A stretch of DNA of 64,000 bases from Lama guanicoe. Its lineage: Eukaryota. Positions 40,660-56,110 of the stretch are shown here, one piece after another; the stretch's first letter is position 1, and each line of letters opens with the position of its first letter. A program made the position numbers and the translations under genes. The stretch is from the NCBI GenBank assembly GCA_013239625.1, contig MU054187.1, positions 22,447,280 to 22,511,279 on the forward strand. Direction: 5' to 3'. Below the pieces are notes generated by a model. That model worked only from the letters and a program-made list of their open reading frames with translations, did no database searches and was not told the origin of the DNA.

Positions 40660-41408
40660 TCAGCCCGCCCTCTGTATCTGCAGCTCTTGAATCCATGGCT
40701 TCAGCCAACTAGGTAGAAAATAGAAGAGGAAAATGTGAATCTGCTTTACGCTGGCAAATGACAGGCATACCGTGTTGTGTTGCTCTGCACTTTATTTCTC
40801 TTTGCACATACTATGTTTTTTGCAAATTGAAGGTCTGCAGCAACCTTGTGTTGAGCACGTCATTCAGCACACTTTTTTCAGCAGCATCTGCTCACTTGGT
40901 GTCTGTGTGTCACATTTTCGTAATTCTTAAAATATTTCAAACTTTTCCGTTATTACTGTATTTGTTATGGTGATCATTGATCTTTGATGTTACTGTTGCA
41001 AAAAGATGATGGCTTGCTGATGGCTCAGATGATGGTGAGCGATTTTTTAACAATAAAGAATTTTTAAATTAGGTATGTGTGTTGTCTTCTGAGACCGAAT
41101 GCTCTTGCACCCCAATAGACTACAGTACAGTGTAGCTTCTGTAAGCACCGGGAACCCAGGAGATTCCTGTGACTTGTTCTGTTGTGGTAACTCTCTTTAT
41201 TTCGGTGGTCTGGGGCCAAACCGGCAGTATCTGAGGCATGCCTATACCCGAGTAGTACGTACACTGTCTTAGGTATTGTAAGTAATTTAGAGATGATTTA
41301 AAGTGCACGGGAAGATGTGCGTAGGTTACATGCTTGCGCATCCTCGGATTCTGGTGTCTGTGGGGGTGTCGTGGGACAGCCCACCTCGGATACTAGGGAA
41401 CACTGTAC
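40660..41408. mobile_element. MER2-like Tigger element split by a Tigger1 insertion
   Basis: Left cagcccgccctctgtatctgcag...; right taggtattgtaagtaatttagagatgatttaaag...ggatactagggaacactg. Confidence 0.75.
40762..41244. mobile_element. Internally deleted Tigger1 with both ends
   Basis: CAGGCATACC...aaattgaaggtctgcagcaacc ... tttatttcggtggtctgg...GAGGCATGCCTA. Confidence 0.85.
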
Positions 41409-43314
41409 AACTTGTCCCCTTGCATTCTGCATCTCTAAAGGGAGTTAGCACTTAGAATTGTAAATTATTCAGAACAGGAAGGCTACCACAAAAAAGAGAT
41501 AACAAGAGAAACTTGGCAAAAAAAAAGGGAAAAAAAAGAATACCTACTGCTTACTGATTGTCCATTATAATATTGGTCGTAAGAAACCCCATCACGTGTT
41601 GAGTGACTGCCTTATGCTTGGCATTAGCAGCGTGTATTCACCATTTCGCTTAACTCACCCTCACAGCATCCCTTTGAGACAGCTCCTATCTCCCTTTTAC
41701 AGGCAGAGGTACTTAGGCTGAGAGACAAAATTATTCTGCCATAAATTAGATTAGTAAAATGAAGCTTAAAGAGCTTCTGGAACAAGTTGATGCATTTTGA
41801 CACTTAATTACTTTTCTAAGACTTTATTAACTGAGAGAAAAACGTCTTGATAATGCTACTAAATTAAAATTAGGTTGGTATAGGTACTGTATTCCATTTA
41901 AATACTCCTTTAATGACCCAGTGTTAATTCCCACCTCCTCGGTTTCTGTGTAAGTGCCGTGATCCCGGGAGACCTGCCAGCGCCCCATGCAGACCCCCGC
42001 TCACCTCCCTCGCGGTGCCGTTACCGCCGCTGCGCTGTAACACGGCCGCTTCCTTTATCTCCCTTCCTGGAATTAGGCCCCAGGGGAGCACAGCTCTTTA
42101 GTTTGCTGCCGTTGCGCGCAGGACCTAGGACGGTGCCTTGCACATGGCAGGCATTAGTAAACTTCTGGTGCGTGAATAGGTGAATGTAATAGGTCTGCCT
42201 TTCCTAAATCACCTGCAGAATACTTAAAGATAAAAAAACCAAAATATTGTCAGTTTTTTTCTGATGAGTTCGAGAATTTTTCTTCTTAGTCCCCTCCCAG
42301 CGTATTACAGCGATGCGCTGGATTCTCCGTGTACACAGACACACGGGGACTTCTCTGTATACGAGCCAAAATGGAGTAACAACTCTCCAAAGTCAGAGAC
42401 ATTCACTGCCCAGCTGCATTTTACTAGCTTTTGGAGTCTGGGCAAGATACTCAATGTAGCTACTATCAGAACTTTTTTTGGTTTAATAAATTCTTAGCTA
42501 GTCCAAAGCTCTGTTTGAACTTCACTTTAGAAAGCATCCATCTAAATTCAAGGTAGATTTGACTGTGCTCTGTCCCCTGGCCCTGGGAGACTCGCGCCGT
42601 GCACGACTGAGCCTGTGGCTGCCTGTGAAGTGAAGGCTGCTGCCGAGCTGTGCCCCGACCCAGCCCAGGCTCAGCTTTGGTTCTGACGTTTGTTTGGTGG
42701 AAGTAATTCATTTTTATCCAAAAGTAAAGCCTATTTACTAGTAACCTTAATGCAAGCCTTTAAGAACTGTAAAAATTTGGTGTAGGTATTGTTTGAAGAT
42801 ACGCTTTCTTACACATAAATTCATCATCTTATAAATAACTCTTTACAACAGCTGAGATCCCTTCCTTTTTCGAATGGCAAGCATGGTTTAAAAGCAGGAC
42901 CCACAGCAGTAACTTCCGCTTCTCATTGAGTGTTGCTAGTCAGAGAAATCTGCTGGTCACCTTTTGCAAGATTTTGGTACAAGTTGGAGAGTGACAGCGG
43001 AGGGGATGTTTTCCAACCTTAGAAACTGTGTCAAACTCTTCCTCTCTTGCTCCTCAAAGCAGAACTACCATTTAATACTAGAAGAAAGGAAAGATACTAT
43101 ATGAAAGTGGATCAGAGAAAGCTTAGTAGAGTAAGACACAGCTGTGCTAGTTTGTGGAACAAATCACTTGATATGTATCATGAATTAAAAGCATTGTCGT
43201 CTAAGATAAGGAAATGTGTAATTTTGAAAATACAGATGAAATTTAAATAGAATTGCTTTGGAAGGATTTTGTGTTATATATGTGTTTAAATATCCATGTT
43301 TTTGTTTTAATTAG

Positions 43315-43404
<90 letters not shown>

Positions 43405-43674
43405 TAACGCAAAAAACACATCTGCTTTGAAATAAGTGTACTTCCGTTGTATGCAGTGGGTATATTCTTGAAAAGATACATTTTTTCAACAGCAATCCAG
43501 AATTATCTTAAAAAACAAAAATTGAAATGTTGACACAATTCTAGAGGAAACCATTATTATGTTGAATATCCTATGCGTTTTCTCTGCATTTATGGTTGAC
43601 CCTTGAAAAAATGGGGGTTAGGGACTCCGACCCCTACGTAGTCAAAAACATGCATCCTGCTGTCTCTGCCTCGG

Positions 43675-43885
43675 AGACAGAGGAGTGTGGGGTTAACAGA
43701 TACAAGCTACTGCACATAAAAGAGAGGAGCAGCAAGGATTTACTGTACAGCCCAGGGGATTATATTCAGTATCTTGTAATAACCTATAATGATACAGAAC
43801 CTGAAAAATACATGTAAGTGAATCACTTAGCTGTACACCTTAAACACAAGAGTGTACATCAACTATAATTCAATTAAAAGCAAAA
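43675..43885 (+). mobile_element. L1 3' end inserted in a Tigger2/MER8-like element (about 43593-44115)
   Basis: gttaacagatacaagctac...caaggatttactgtacagcccagggg...aactataattcaattaaaa; outer ends ggttgacccttgaa / tttaagggtcagctg. Confidence 0.75.
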
Positions 43886-46800
43886 CAAAGGACTTGATGA
43901 GTGACTCAGGCAAGGGCAGGAAGCTGAAGCAGCCTGGCTGGAATCAGAACTCAAACCCTAGTTCTTTCAGTCCCACACACTGGGATCCCTAATTGAACAC
44001 AAACTTTTCCCCACACTTAGTTAATTTAAAGATTTATTAAACAAAAATACAGGTATTATCTTTGTTGAAAAAAATCCTGCAGAGTTCAAAACATGTTGTT
44101 TAAGGGTCAGCTGTATGTAAATCTGTATACATGTGTGCTATATAGTACATATTGCTGTTTTGTTTTTTAAACAGTTGATGGCAGCTCGATTTTGTTATTT
44201 GGTGTATCATGGACAGCTTTCCATATCACATATTGAGCTCATACTAATGGTTGCACAATGTTCCATTGTAGAAAGAGAGCGTAATTAATGGAGGACCATG
44301 CATAAGGTTGTTTCTAATTTTTTGCTATTATAGCAGTGTATGTGGGTTTTATGTTTGTGTTTTTAATCCAATCTCAGTCCGTTTGAGAATACAGTTTTCC
44401 ACATTCTCTAGATATACTGTTAACAGACACTTGTGAAGCACTGTGAATGGGAAATCCTTTTTAATTTTTTCCCTCAATTACTTTGCCTAAACCTAATTTG
44501 AGAGCAGTTTAGTTTTTAGTAAAATATTTTCATTAAATATTGCCAAAGAATTAAACTTGCTTTTCATAGAAACAACTCTCTTTTTAAACTCACATTTCAT
44601 AGGTGGTCAGAATTATAAAATCACAATTTTAATACAACTGGCTTTTAAAGAGAGACGTGGGACTAGACACAACTGGTGGAAGTAAACATGTGGAATTAGC
44701 AGAGTTGATTGTGATAACATATTTTCTCTTCCAAAACTTTATTAAGCTTTTTCAGAAAAGAAACTCTACTTATCACAATGAGTGTTCAAATCACATCTAT
44801 TGTGACTTGTCCAATTTCAGAAAAGTTCAGACATGAAAAAGAAAGATACATCTTAGAAATGAAACATGCTATTACTTTCACAGCACCTGACTTTATAACA
44901 TTCACATTCTTGTCTGAACCCTTACTCACCTCAGCAGTTTGGGGTTTTATATTTTGATGGTGTTAATGCATATAGTCAGTTACTCCAGACCATGGTTTTC
45001 TTATTCCCAAACTCTTTACTTTGATTCATGTATTGGTTTTGGTTTATTCAGGAGTTCATAAGGGTGATATATTACTGTAGTTTCATGTGTTTGAGAATGT
45101 GTTTTCTGTTGCTTTTGTATTGAAACAGCAGCACTGGATATAAATTGCTCACTCAACACTAGTTTCTCCAGTGCTCTGTAGACATTGCTCCACTCTCCTC
45201 TGGGGTTGAACATGAGCACTGTCAGTAGGAGGTGAGCCCCTTGAAGGAAACTTTTTTCTTCTGGGTACCCAAACGGTCCTTTTCCTTGAAGTTCACTAAT
45301 TTCATTGTTGATTGTTTTATATCTTTGTTTGGGAACATGATAAGATCTTCCTTAATTTAAGGGAAATTTTCTTCTATTATATCTTTGAGTATTTTTTCTG
45401 TTCCATTTGTTCCATTTTTCTTCAGGAACATCAGTCATGGGTATGTGGAATCTCCTTTGTCAGTCTTACATGTCTGTCATCTTTTCTCTGATCATCTGTA
45501 TCTTTGTGCTTTTTTATTTTGTCTTGGTTTTTCTCAAACCTATCCTCATGTCACTGTTTGCAGTACTGCTCTGCGTTTTGCTGCTTCTTACGTGATTTTT
45601 TCATTAGTGGTTTTACTGTTTTCTTCATTTTCTTCTCTAGGCTCTGCTAGCTCATTGTTGTCTAATATTTTTTCAACCTCTTGTATCTCTTGATTTGAGA
45701 ATATAGAGAAGGATATATTGAAAGTGAACTCTTCTGCCTCTTGCTAGTTTGAATTTTTCCTTCTTTTTTCCTGGTATCAGGGTATAGGTTAGATGTCATG
45801 TTGTAGTCATTCTCTGTTTGAATGTGTTTGGTTTTCTCTGGGCTGTTTGCTAGAAGTGATCTTCAGCAGCTGGGAATTTGATTTCTAGTTTTTTTTGTGT
45901 CTAAACATGTTCTCAGTAGATCTGTTCAGTCCTCTTCTCTGGGGACGTCTTGCTTCAGCCTCATCACAGCGGGAAGTCGTCTTGGTTCAGCTGCTGTGTT
46001 GGGGCTGAACTTCGTTTTATAAATTGGTTTTTATCATTTCTCAGTTGATGTTGTGTAGGGACTCTCTTTACCCTTCAGGCAGTTTCCAGGATTGGATTTG
46101 AAAAGTTTTAGGAAGGCATTTGTAAACGGGTAGCCAGGCCGGATCTAGCCAGCGTAGTTTTGGCCCCCATTGTGGTTTTAAATTTTTTTTTTTTTACATT
46201 ATTTGACAACATTAAAGAAGATCACTAGATTATACTTGAGAATCAAGATTTCTGGTTTCTCTTTAAAAACACCCTCCTGCCCACCCCACCCCCACCCTCC
46301 CCACCCCCGGCCAGTGGCTGAACCAGAGTAGCTGCTTTCCCTGGAGGGAAACATACACTCCTTTCCACTTTGTGCCACTACTGCCCAGTTGTCTGAGGAC
46401 TGTGATTATATGCCCAGAAGTAATTCTGCCTTAAAGCTGATGGTAACTTTGGTCAGGGATACGGTGAGGAAAGGGGGCTTGCGGCTGAGTAGAGAATGGG
46501 AACCCACGTAGAGAAGGAAGCCCCCTGTATTCATTTACTGGTCACTGTAGGCATTTGAGCTTAGAACCCTGCTTTAGAAGAAATTGCTGTTGAAGAGAAT
46601 CTTTTGCGAATTGAGTTTATTTTGTAATATAAATTACCAATCTTTTATCTAGTTGGGTTTTTTATATTGAACTTAATTTGAAATGAGGCAGACTAGGTGG
46701 TAATAAGTTAAACAGTGCCTATCACATTTGAAGATTTCACCTTATAAAATATTAGTTCCATTTTTAATGCATTGGCAATAAAATTAAAGCCATTCCATAG

Positions 46801-47035
46801 CAGCAGTGCTATGCATTCCAGTATCAGCAGCAAACACTTATTAAAACCCATTGCGTACAGGTCCTAGAATGCCTACAAGAGTTAAGGGTACAAAGAATAT
46901 ATAAAGACGTGGCTTTTGTTTTGAGGAGCTTACAGTGTGGTGATGTAGTAGTCGTGTGGGGCTGAGGCTGAACGGTGGAGTTGTTAAAGGCTGTTGAGCA
47001 GAGGTATGTAAGGGTGAATTTAAGATCATTTTTAA

Positions 47036-47290
<255 letters not shown>

Positions 47291-47664
47291 TAAATTTTGC
47301 TTATTTCAAAAGTATTCTAGAGAGGACCTTTAAAAAAGCTACACATTATCCTTGGTTATGGATGTTCACAAATTTTGTTACCAAGAAGTTTGTCTAGAGA
47401 AGTTATCAAAACAGTTTATTTTTTGAGTACCTGTGTGAAACCGAGACTGGGAACATGAGGGTTATTGATGCCACTTGGTCTTTCAAAGTCTTTTCATTTA
47501 AGCCTCATTACAGCATGACTCCTTTTCTATAAAAGGAAGATCTGAGTTGTGTAATAATTGAACTTGATTGATGTTTTTGGAATTTTCAGAGTTCTGCAGA
47601 AGCCCTTGTGAGACTCTTGTCTTCTTGAGAAGCAGTTGCTTTTATTTATTTGCACTTTATTATC

Positions 47665-50480
47665 TGTTCATTCACTCAGCAATTCACTGAGCACCTATTG
47701 TGGCATCGTAGTATGAGATGGATGAAACCATGAAAAAAAGGCAGTCCCTGTTCTCAGGGATCTAGGTTCCACGAGAGGGAGACAAATAAGAAATCAGTGT
47801 GTGCCGAGGGAAGGGGAGTGCTGCCCTTTCATACGCTGTGATTAGAGGAGGCCTCCGACGGGTAACACGCGTACAGAAACAAGAAAACAAGGGATTGAGT
47901 TATGCAGCTGTTTGGGAGAACAGCATTCTAGGCACAGGGAACAGCAAGCAAAAGACTCTTGGATGGAAGGACGTTTCTGAATGAAATGTCATGGCCGGAG
48001 CAGCGTATCGGAGAGGAGGTGGTGGAGGTGAGGTTGAGAGGTACTGGGTGGGGCCTTCAGGGCTCACCGAAGGGTTTGAGCAGGAGTGACATGATCTCAA
48101 TAGCACGACGGGGCTTAGCTTTGAGCAGGCTCGCCCCGCTGCTGTGCAGAAGAGAGGCTCTAACTGGGGGCAGAGGAGGGCAGCAGAAGGAGCAGGAAGA
48201 CCTTGTGCGGCGACCCGGGTGAGAGGTGGCGGTGGCCTGGGCTTGGGTGGCGCGGCAGTGGGGTCGTGAGAAGTGGTGTGGAGTCTGGACGCGTTCTGCA
48301 GGTAGAGCTGAGAGGGTTTTCTGATGGTTTAGATGCAGGGTGTGAGAGAGAGAGTCAGGTACGGCCCCAAAATGATGGGCTGTGTGCCTGCTCGCAGTTG
48401 CCTTTTCCTCGGGTGGCCGGGTGGTAGTGAGAGCGTGTTTAGGGGGTGGAGGGAGTCAAGAAGTGGGATTTCGCTTGTTAAGTTTTGTTACATTTAAGGT
48501 GCTTGCAGACATCCAAGTGCAGAAGTAGACCAGCCGGATATACAAGTCTGACCCTGAGGGGTATCTGGGTTAGGCTGTGCGATCGTCTGAGGGTGAGTGT
48601 GGGCAAAGAAGTTGAAGCACACTTACAAGGAGGGAGGTAAGAAGGAGCCAGCCGAAGAGCCAGGGAGGAGGAAAGGGTAGGAGAATCAAATGAGAGTGGT
48701 TTCCAGAAGACAAGGAAGAAGGAAGTGCGTTTCAAGAAGAAAGAATTGGTCAACCGTATCAAATACTGGTAGGTTGAGCAAGATGAGGTCTGAAAAGTAA
48801 CTGTTCAGTTTGGCCAGGTGAACGATATTCAGGAGCAGGGGAGAGGAAAGATTGATGGGAGTGAAATAAAGAGAGAATGGAGGGAGACATGAATATAAAC
48901 AGATCTTTTAAAGAAGTTTGCTGTAAGAATCAGAGAAATTGGGAATAACTCAGAGTAGGTTACTCCCAAACAGGGGAGGGGAATAAAACATTTATATGCT
49001 AACGATGATGATCAAGCAAGAGAGGAAGGAACTTGATGAGGTCAAAGAGGTGAGGACCGTGGGAGCAGTGACCCCGGGTAGGAGAGTGAGGAAGAGCTCT
49101 GTGTGGTGCAGACAGAGGTAACAGGTAGCTTCTCCACCATCGCAGGGCAGATTCAGGCGCCAGTAGTGAGTGAGCAGATGTGTGGAAACACACGAAGTTT
49201 CTCTTATGATGACTCTGCTTCGTCAGCGAAACAGGAAGCAAGATCTTTAGCTCAGAGTGAGGAGGTATTTGAGGAGCGAAGAGTCATCCAGAGAGTGGGG
49301 GCATGAGATCCGTGGGAAATACGATAACCGGGCGGCACAGGGCTCCCGCCTGAGGCCGCTGCTCAGGGACCGGTCGTCATGGGTGCATATGCATCACTGC
49401 GTGTTCCACTGCCCAGGCACAGGCGTGGAGGGGGTTGACAGTTGTATTTAGCTCAGCTTTGGATTTTACCGGCAACGCAAAGCCGTATTATCTTAGTATA
49501 TGCCTTTGTACCAGGGAGGCAGGACTGGAAGGTGTACGAGGGAGTGATTTTAATGATTGACGATGGAAACCAAGCCGAGTAAGGGGAGAAATAACTCCGT
49601 GAGGGGCGAGAGACAGTGATAAAGTAATGGGTTCCGTGGATTTTTTTTTTTTTTTTAGATCCCAGTGGGGTCAAAAATTGCTGGTGTCACTACTAAAGGC
49701 AGTGAGCTGGAAAATTAGGTGCTGTCTGAAAGTGACTTTATGAAGAAATCGCAGTCAGTGCTAAGAACAGTATCTAAGGTATGGTGCGGAGAATGTTTAG
49801 CGAAGCGAGAGTAAAGACTAAGATCATGGAAAGGACTGAAAAGCCAGGGTGGTTAAAGAATCATCAGCGTGGATGTTGAAATCGTCAGATTGGTGATAGT
49901 CGTGTCTAAGAAGCCCGGGGATCTAAGGATGGCTGTGGTGGGGAGCCGCTGGTGTGGTGGGCTGGCATGGGCTTGAAGGCCAGGGCGGGTTTGGGGCGGA
50001 GGAATCGGTCATGGGAGGCAGCACCCGCCCCACTTCCAGGCCTGGCTACAACAGCGGGTAGGAGAGAAACGGCCCCTCCTCTGAGAAGATTTGAAGGGAA
50101 GCAGAGTCCTCAGAAAAATTCCAGATTTCTGTTAGAGCACGATGCTGAAGGATCTTCAGGGAAAGAGCTGAGGATGCAGGGAATTTTGCTAAGGATGGAT
50201 CACGAACTTCAGAGGGCACAGCATTGTAGATGGTTTGAGAGTTTGGGGAGGTGGGAGGCACAGGATCAGATTTCGAGGTGGACAGGCAGTTTGGTGGGGA
50301 GAGTCAAGGTGCCGAGGGGTCTGGGGCTTCCTGCATTAGCTGTGAGGAACAGGAGCAAAGGCACGATGGGGTTAGCCCTCAGTCTCTCTTGGGCAACTGT
50401 GGGAGAAGGGAGTGGGGAGGGGTCTTTCCAGACGCTTGCACAGGGAGCCCCAAGACTCTTTCATTTCTGCATCAGGTGAG
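47665..50480 (-). mobile_element. L2 fragment(s)
   Basis: Starts cattcactcagcaattcactgagcacctat; purine-rich antisense L2 body. Confidence 0.65.
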
Positions 50481-50782
50481 GTTAACTTAATTCATAAAAC
50501 ATAATCCCAATAAAGAGTGGAGGTTTGGTAAAGCTCCTCTGTCATCCTCTCTTACACTCACTGATAGGACCTGGTGTCGTAAGTGTTTGATCTCTGTTAA
50601 AGAGAAGCTGTCTTAACTCTTAATTTGTTTTTCATACTTAGCATTTTACATAATATTTTAGTTTTTATGATTTATGCCAATTAGTTATTAAGTGCTTTTT
50701 TTTTGCCTATAAAGCCTCATGATTTCTCCGTTATCATTGTTCTCTGGATAAGAAAATGATTATTTTGTAAGTTTTCATGTAA

Positions 50783-51170
<388 letters not shown>

Positions 51171-51773
51171 TAAGGTGCTCGACTGCTCGCCCCGCGTTTC
51201 TGGAACCACTGGAGCGTGTCAGAGCTCCTGCCTCCCTGTCCCTCTGTCCCTCGTCCGCTCCTCCGGGAAGATGCTCCACATTCGTTCCTTCCTTGACTTA
51301 ATCCTTTTCAATCGTTTTCTCTCTACTTGGTCTTCCTGTCAGTTTATAAACATGCTCATTTTCACTGCTGAAAAACTCACATGTAGTCAGAAACAAACAC
51401 AAAACTCCCCTTGGCCCTGACAGACATTTATCGAAGTTCCCGATAGCGCCCGGGTTCTTGAGGGAGATTGTGCGATGACCTTCGCTTTCCCGCTGCCGCT
51501 TGCTGTGTGCTTCCCGCCTCCGTCCCGATCAGAGATCAGGGAACATCGGTGCTGACAAAGGGGGCTTTGCAAGCCTGCGGAGATGCTTCGTGTCCAGGGG
51601 AGGGGACGGAGACGCTCTGCTGGCCGGAGGCGGCCGGTCCCTGCGCCGCCGCCGCGTCTCACTTGCGCGTCCAGGCGCGCTCAGCGCAGCCTCCGCTCGG
51701 AAACTCTTCTCTTGGTTTCTGTGATCCAGACACCATACTGATTTTCTTTGCCTTCTCTTTTAGTGATGGTTAA

Positions 51774-52025
<252 letters not shown>

Positions 52026-52349
52026 TAAGCTTGTATAGAAGAATGTCTATGCATGGCACGATCTTCAGTCCTCTCGTTCATCCAAATCTTCAGGGGGTAT
52101 TAAAACCCCAGCACTGGGTAAGGGTCTTACATTCTCTGAAACGTAATGACGTTGTGAGCACGAAGTCGTTAATCAGTGCCAACTGCCAGGACTCCTGGAG
52201 TGAGCACGACCCTGTGAGTAATTTGGGAAACTTTATGAAATCCTGGTTTAGTAAGTGAGTCGTCCCAAAGATTAGATTTTTAAATCATGAGGTTTTAGTG
52301 GTCTTTACTATACTTAACTGTATTTAGAATTGTTAGAAGCTTATCAGGA

Positions 52350-53088
52350 CTTCTTTTTTTTTCTTTTCTTTTTCTTTTTTTCTTTTGGTGATAAAATACA
52401 CATACAGTTTACCATCTTGAACATTTTTAAGTGTACAGTTCAATAACGTTAATTATATTCACATTATTGTGCAATCAGTCTCCAGAACTTTTTCATTTTG
52501 CAAAACTGGACCCTGTGCCCATTAAACAGTTCCACATTTCCCTTTCCTCCCCAGCCCCCGGCAGTTACTGTTCAACTTGCTGCTTCTGAGTTTGACTACT
52601 CTTGTTACCTCTTATAAATGAAATCATACAATACCTGTCTTGGTATTACTGGCTTACTTCACTTAGCATAATGTCCTCATGGTTCATCCATATTGTAGCA
52701 AGTGCAGGAATTTTTTCCTTTTTAAGACTGAGTAATATTCCATTGTATGTCTGTACCACATTCTGTTTATCCATTCATCAGTCGATGGATCTTTGGGTTG
52801 CTTCCATCTTTGGGCTTTTGTGAATAATGCTGCTGTAAACATGGGTGTGCAGATACCTCTTTGAGACCCTGCTTTCAGTTGCTTTGGGTGTACACCCAGA
52901 CGTGGTGTTGCTGGATCATGCAGTAATTCTCTGTTTAACTTTTCAAGAAACTGCCACACTGTTTTCCAGAGCAGCTGCCCCATTTTACATTCCCACCAAA
53001 AATGTAAAGGCTTCCAGTTTCTCTACATCTTTGCCTATGTTTGTTATTTTCTGCTTTTTTTTTTTTTTTTTTTTGTTTGGGTTTGTTT

Positions 53089-53119
<31 letters not shown>

Positions 53120-53220
53120 GGTTTGGTTTGGTTTGGTTGTTTTTTAGATAGCTGTTCTAATGTGTATGAGATGGTAGCTCACTGTGGTTTTGATTTGTAT
53201 TCCCCTAATGATTAGTTACT
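52350..53220 (-). mobile_element. L1MB-type 3' region
   Basis: ORF 52684-52983 LLWKTVWQFLEKLNRELLHDPA...MFTAALFT; poly-T head. Confidence 0.88.
53055..53145. repeat. Poly-T / (GGTTT)n tract inside L1
   Basis: Two long T runs plus ggtttggtttggtttgg. Confidence 0.9.
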
Positions 53221-54129
53221 GTGAATTCCCAGTCTTCTTGCCCCATACAGGTTAGAACTAGGCAAGGTGTAAGAGGGTGCCTGCATTTCCTCTCCGCCTC
53301 CTCTAGTGGGCAGTATTTTAACTTCAGCAGCTTTGGGTCCTTTATTAAGAAACTTGATTCATTCATGTAATCTAATGTGCGTATGAAAAGTTAGCATTTT
53401 AAATTTTATATAGTAATATTCCTATGTAGAAATTAGCCTTCTAGAAACTCTGACATGAAAAGTATGTGAAAATCCAGACTGAGACTTCGTGACATGGAGA
53501 CTCCCTGTAAAACTTAACATCTTTTCTTTACAGCTTGCTTACACAATCGGGCAGAAACGCATTGAATAGAAGATATTTTTAGAGCTTTTTTAATCATTGA
53601 TCATTTTTAATCACCAACTTCATTAACAATCTGAAGAAAATTAAACCATTTTGTGTCCTCAAAATGCATTCACCTAAAATATTCCATAGCCCCAATTAAG
53701 ACCTCCCATTTGGAGGCCCACTCGGTGACAGAGGGCTGTCGTGGCGGGAGCCTGACGTGAGAGCAGCTACGAAACTGAAACGGGAGACCGAGAAGGACAG
53801 TGACAGGGGCACACTTTCATGTGGGCCCTTGGCAGGCTTGCTCCCCTCGTGTGGAGCCCCGTGAAGTAGTTTGGCCATATAACTTCCTTACACATGCAAG
53901 GAGACTAAAGCCCTTATTTATTGCTGGTTTGCCGTTAGCTCATAATACAGAGCTGTGAGGAAACAGATTTTTTTTTTCACTTTGTCGTGATTTTTAGTCC
54001 TCTTGTTCCCTTACTCCCTGCATTGTCTCTCTTAACCATGAATAATACCACAACAAGGGCTACTCACACCATTCTTCAAAATAATGGTTATTCATAATCA
54101 TGTCCCTTTTTACAGGTTAAAATCTGTTT

Positions 54130-56110
54130 TAACTTTAAGAAGAGAGAACAGTCATTCTTTATAAAAAAAACTCTTATCATACTAGGAACAGAAGGTAACT
54201 TTCTCAGTTTGATAAAGGGCATCAAGAAAAAAGATAAACCCTAATAACATCACTCTAAAAGGTGATACCTTGAGCATTTCTCATCGGGATTGGGTGACAA
54301 GGCAGAGACGCCCACCCTCACCGCCTGTGCTCTGCGTTGCCCCGGATTCCCAAGCCAGTGTAGGAGGGCAACAGTTAGGAGTAAAAAGCATAAAGACTGA
54401 AAACTTAAGATTGTCAACTTAGAAAATCCTAAGGAACCTATCAAGAAACTGCTAGAAATAATAGAGTGAATTTAATAAGACCATAGGCTACAAGGGCAAT
54501 AATTTAAAAATATCTATTGTATACCTTGTGTTACTAGCAACAGACATTTTGAAATTGGACTAAAGCATCAAAAAAAAAAAGGAACATTTAGCAAAAGATG
54601 TGCAAGACCTCTAAACTAAAAACTTAACATTGCTCACAGAAATTAAAGAAGACTTTACTAGATGGAGCGATGTACCATGTTATGTATTGGAAGAATCAGA
54701 ATTGTAAATATGTCCATTTTCCCCAAACTGATCTGTGTATTCAACACAATCCCAGTCAATGTCCCACCAAAAGTTTTTGTAGGAATTGACAGGCTACTTC
54801 TTAAACTCAAGGCAATGCAGAGGCTCTGGATTTGCCAAAACAATCTTGAAAAGGGGCAAACTTGTAGGAAGTTGATTTCAAGAATTACTATTAAGCCATA
54901 GGATTTAAGATAGTGTGGTATTTGTGAAAGGACAGACAAATAGATTAGTGGGACGCCAGAGAGTCCAGAAATAGGCCCATGTGTATATTGTCGATTGATT
55001 TGCATGAAAAGATTTTGTTGGAGAAAGTGAAAGTCTTAAACAAATGGTGCTGGATCTACTGGATATTCTTATGGAAGAAAATTAACCTTGACCCCTGCTT
55101 GAGCCCATAAACAAAGATTAATTTAAAATAAATTATAGACATAAGTATGAAAGCTAAGTAGAAAAATCCTAGGGTAGGCAGAAGTGTCTTAGGGAAAATG
55201 TAAAAAAGCAGTAGACCACACAGACACACCCCCACACCCACACACACCCACACACACCCACACACACATAGGATGAATTGGACTTCATCAAAACTAAAAA
55301 CTTGTCTTCAAAAGATGCTGTTAAGTAAATGAAAAGGCACCCTACACACTGGGAGAAACTCTTGAGACAAAGGTCTTTATCCAGAATATATTAAAAACTC
55401 ATAACTCAGTAAAAAGACCCTTTTTTTTTTAAACAGGCAAAGACTCACTTCACAAAAGAAGCTACACTGATGGTGCGTAAACAAGAAAGGTGCTCATTAG
55501 TCGCTGGGGAGATGCACATTCAAACTAAATAAATTACCACTCTGGGATAGCGCTGGAAGTTTCTTATAATGTTAAACATAATACATCAGCCTTACGCCCT
55601 AGCAGCTCCACGAGTAGGTGCTGGCCCACATGAAATGAAATATGTATTTACACAAAGACTTTTCGATAAATGTTCATCACAACTTTATTCATCCAAGTCA
55701 AAAATCTGAAGTAACCTAACTGTCCATCAACAAGTGAATGGATAAATAAATTGTTGTATATTTATGACAAAATACCACTTAGCAATATGAAAATACCGGT
55801 ACCCATAACAACGTGGATGAAGCTCGTAAACACTGTGCTGAGTGGAAACAGAAAACAGAAAAGGGGGCGGGTGGGTGTGCAGTACACAGGATATTCTCAG
55901 AAATCTTATCTGTGGCAAAATCATTGATCACCTAGAGCGCAAGGTGAGGATGATGGTTATAACTGCAACAGGGGACACATGGAAACACCTTACATCTCGA
56001 TTATGGAGGTGGTTCCACAGGTGTATGCATCTGTCAGAACTCACCTAACTCTGTACTTAAAATACATCTTATCGTATGTAAATTACGGATCATAGTTGAT
56101 TTGTGAGAAA
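54130..56110 (+). mobile_element. Old L1M (ORF2 3' part + 3'UTR)
   Basis: IGRIRIVNMSIFPKLICVFNTIPV = decayed L1 ORF2; gacttcatcaaaactaaaaactt. Confidence 0.85.
55217..55268. repeat. Imperfect (CA)n/(CCCACACA)n
   Basis: cacacagacacaccccacacccacacacacccacacacacccacacacaca. Confidence 0.85.

Noticed and set aside
50455..50481. Pyrimidine tract + CAG|GTGAGG resembling a recursive splice site
   Set aside because: The host intron is only about 3.5 kb and the site is at a repeat edge; recursive sites are typical of very long introns.
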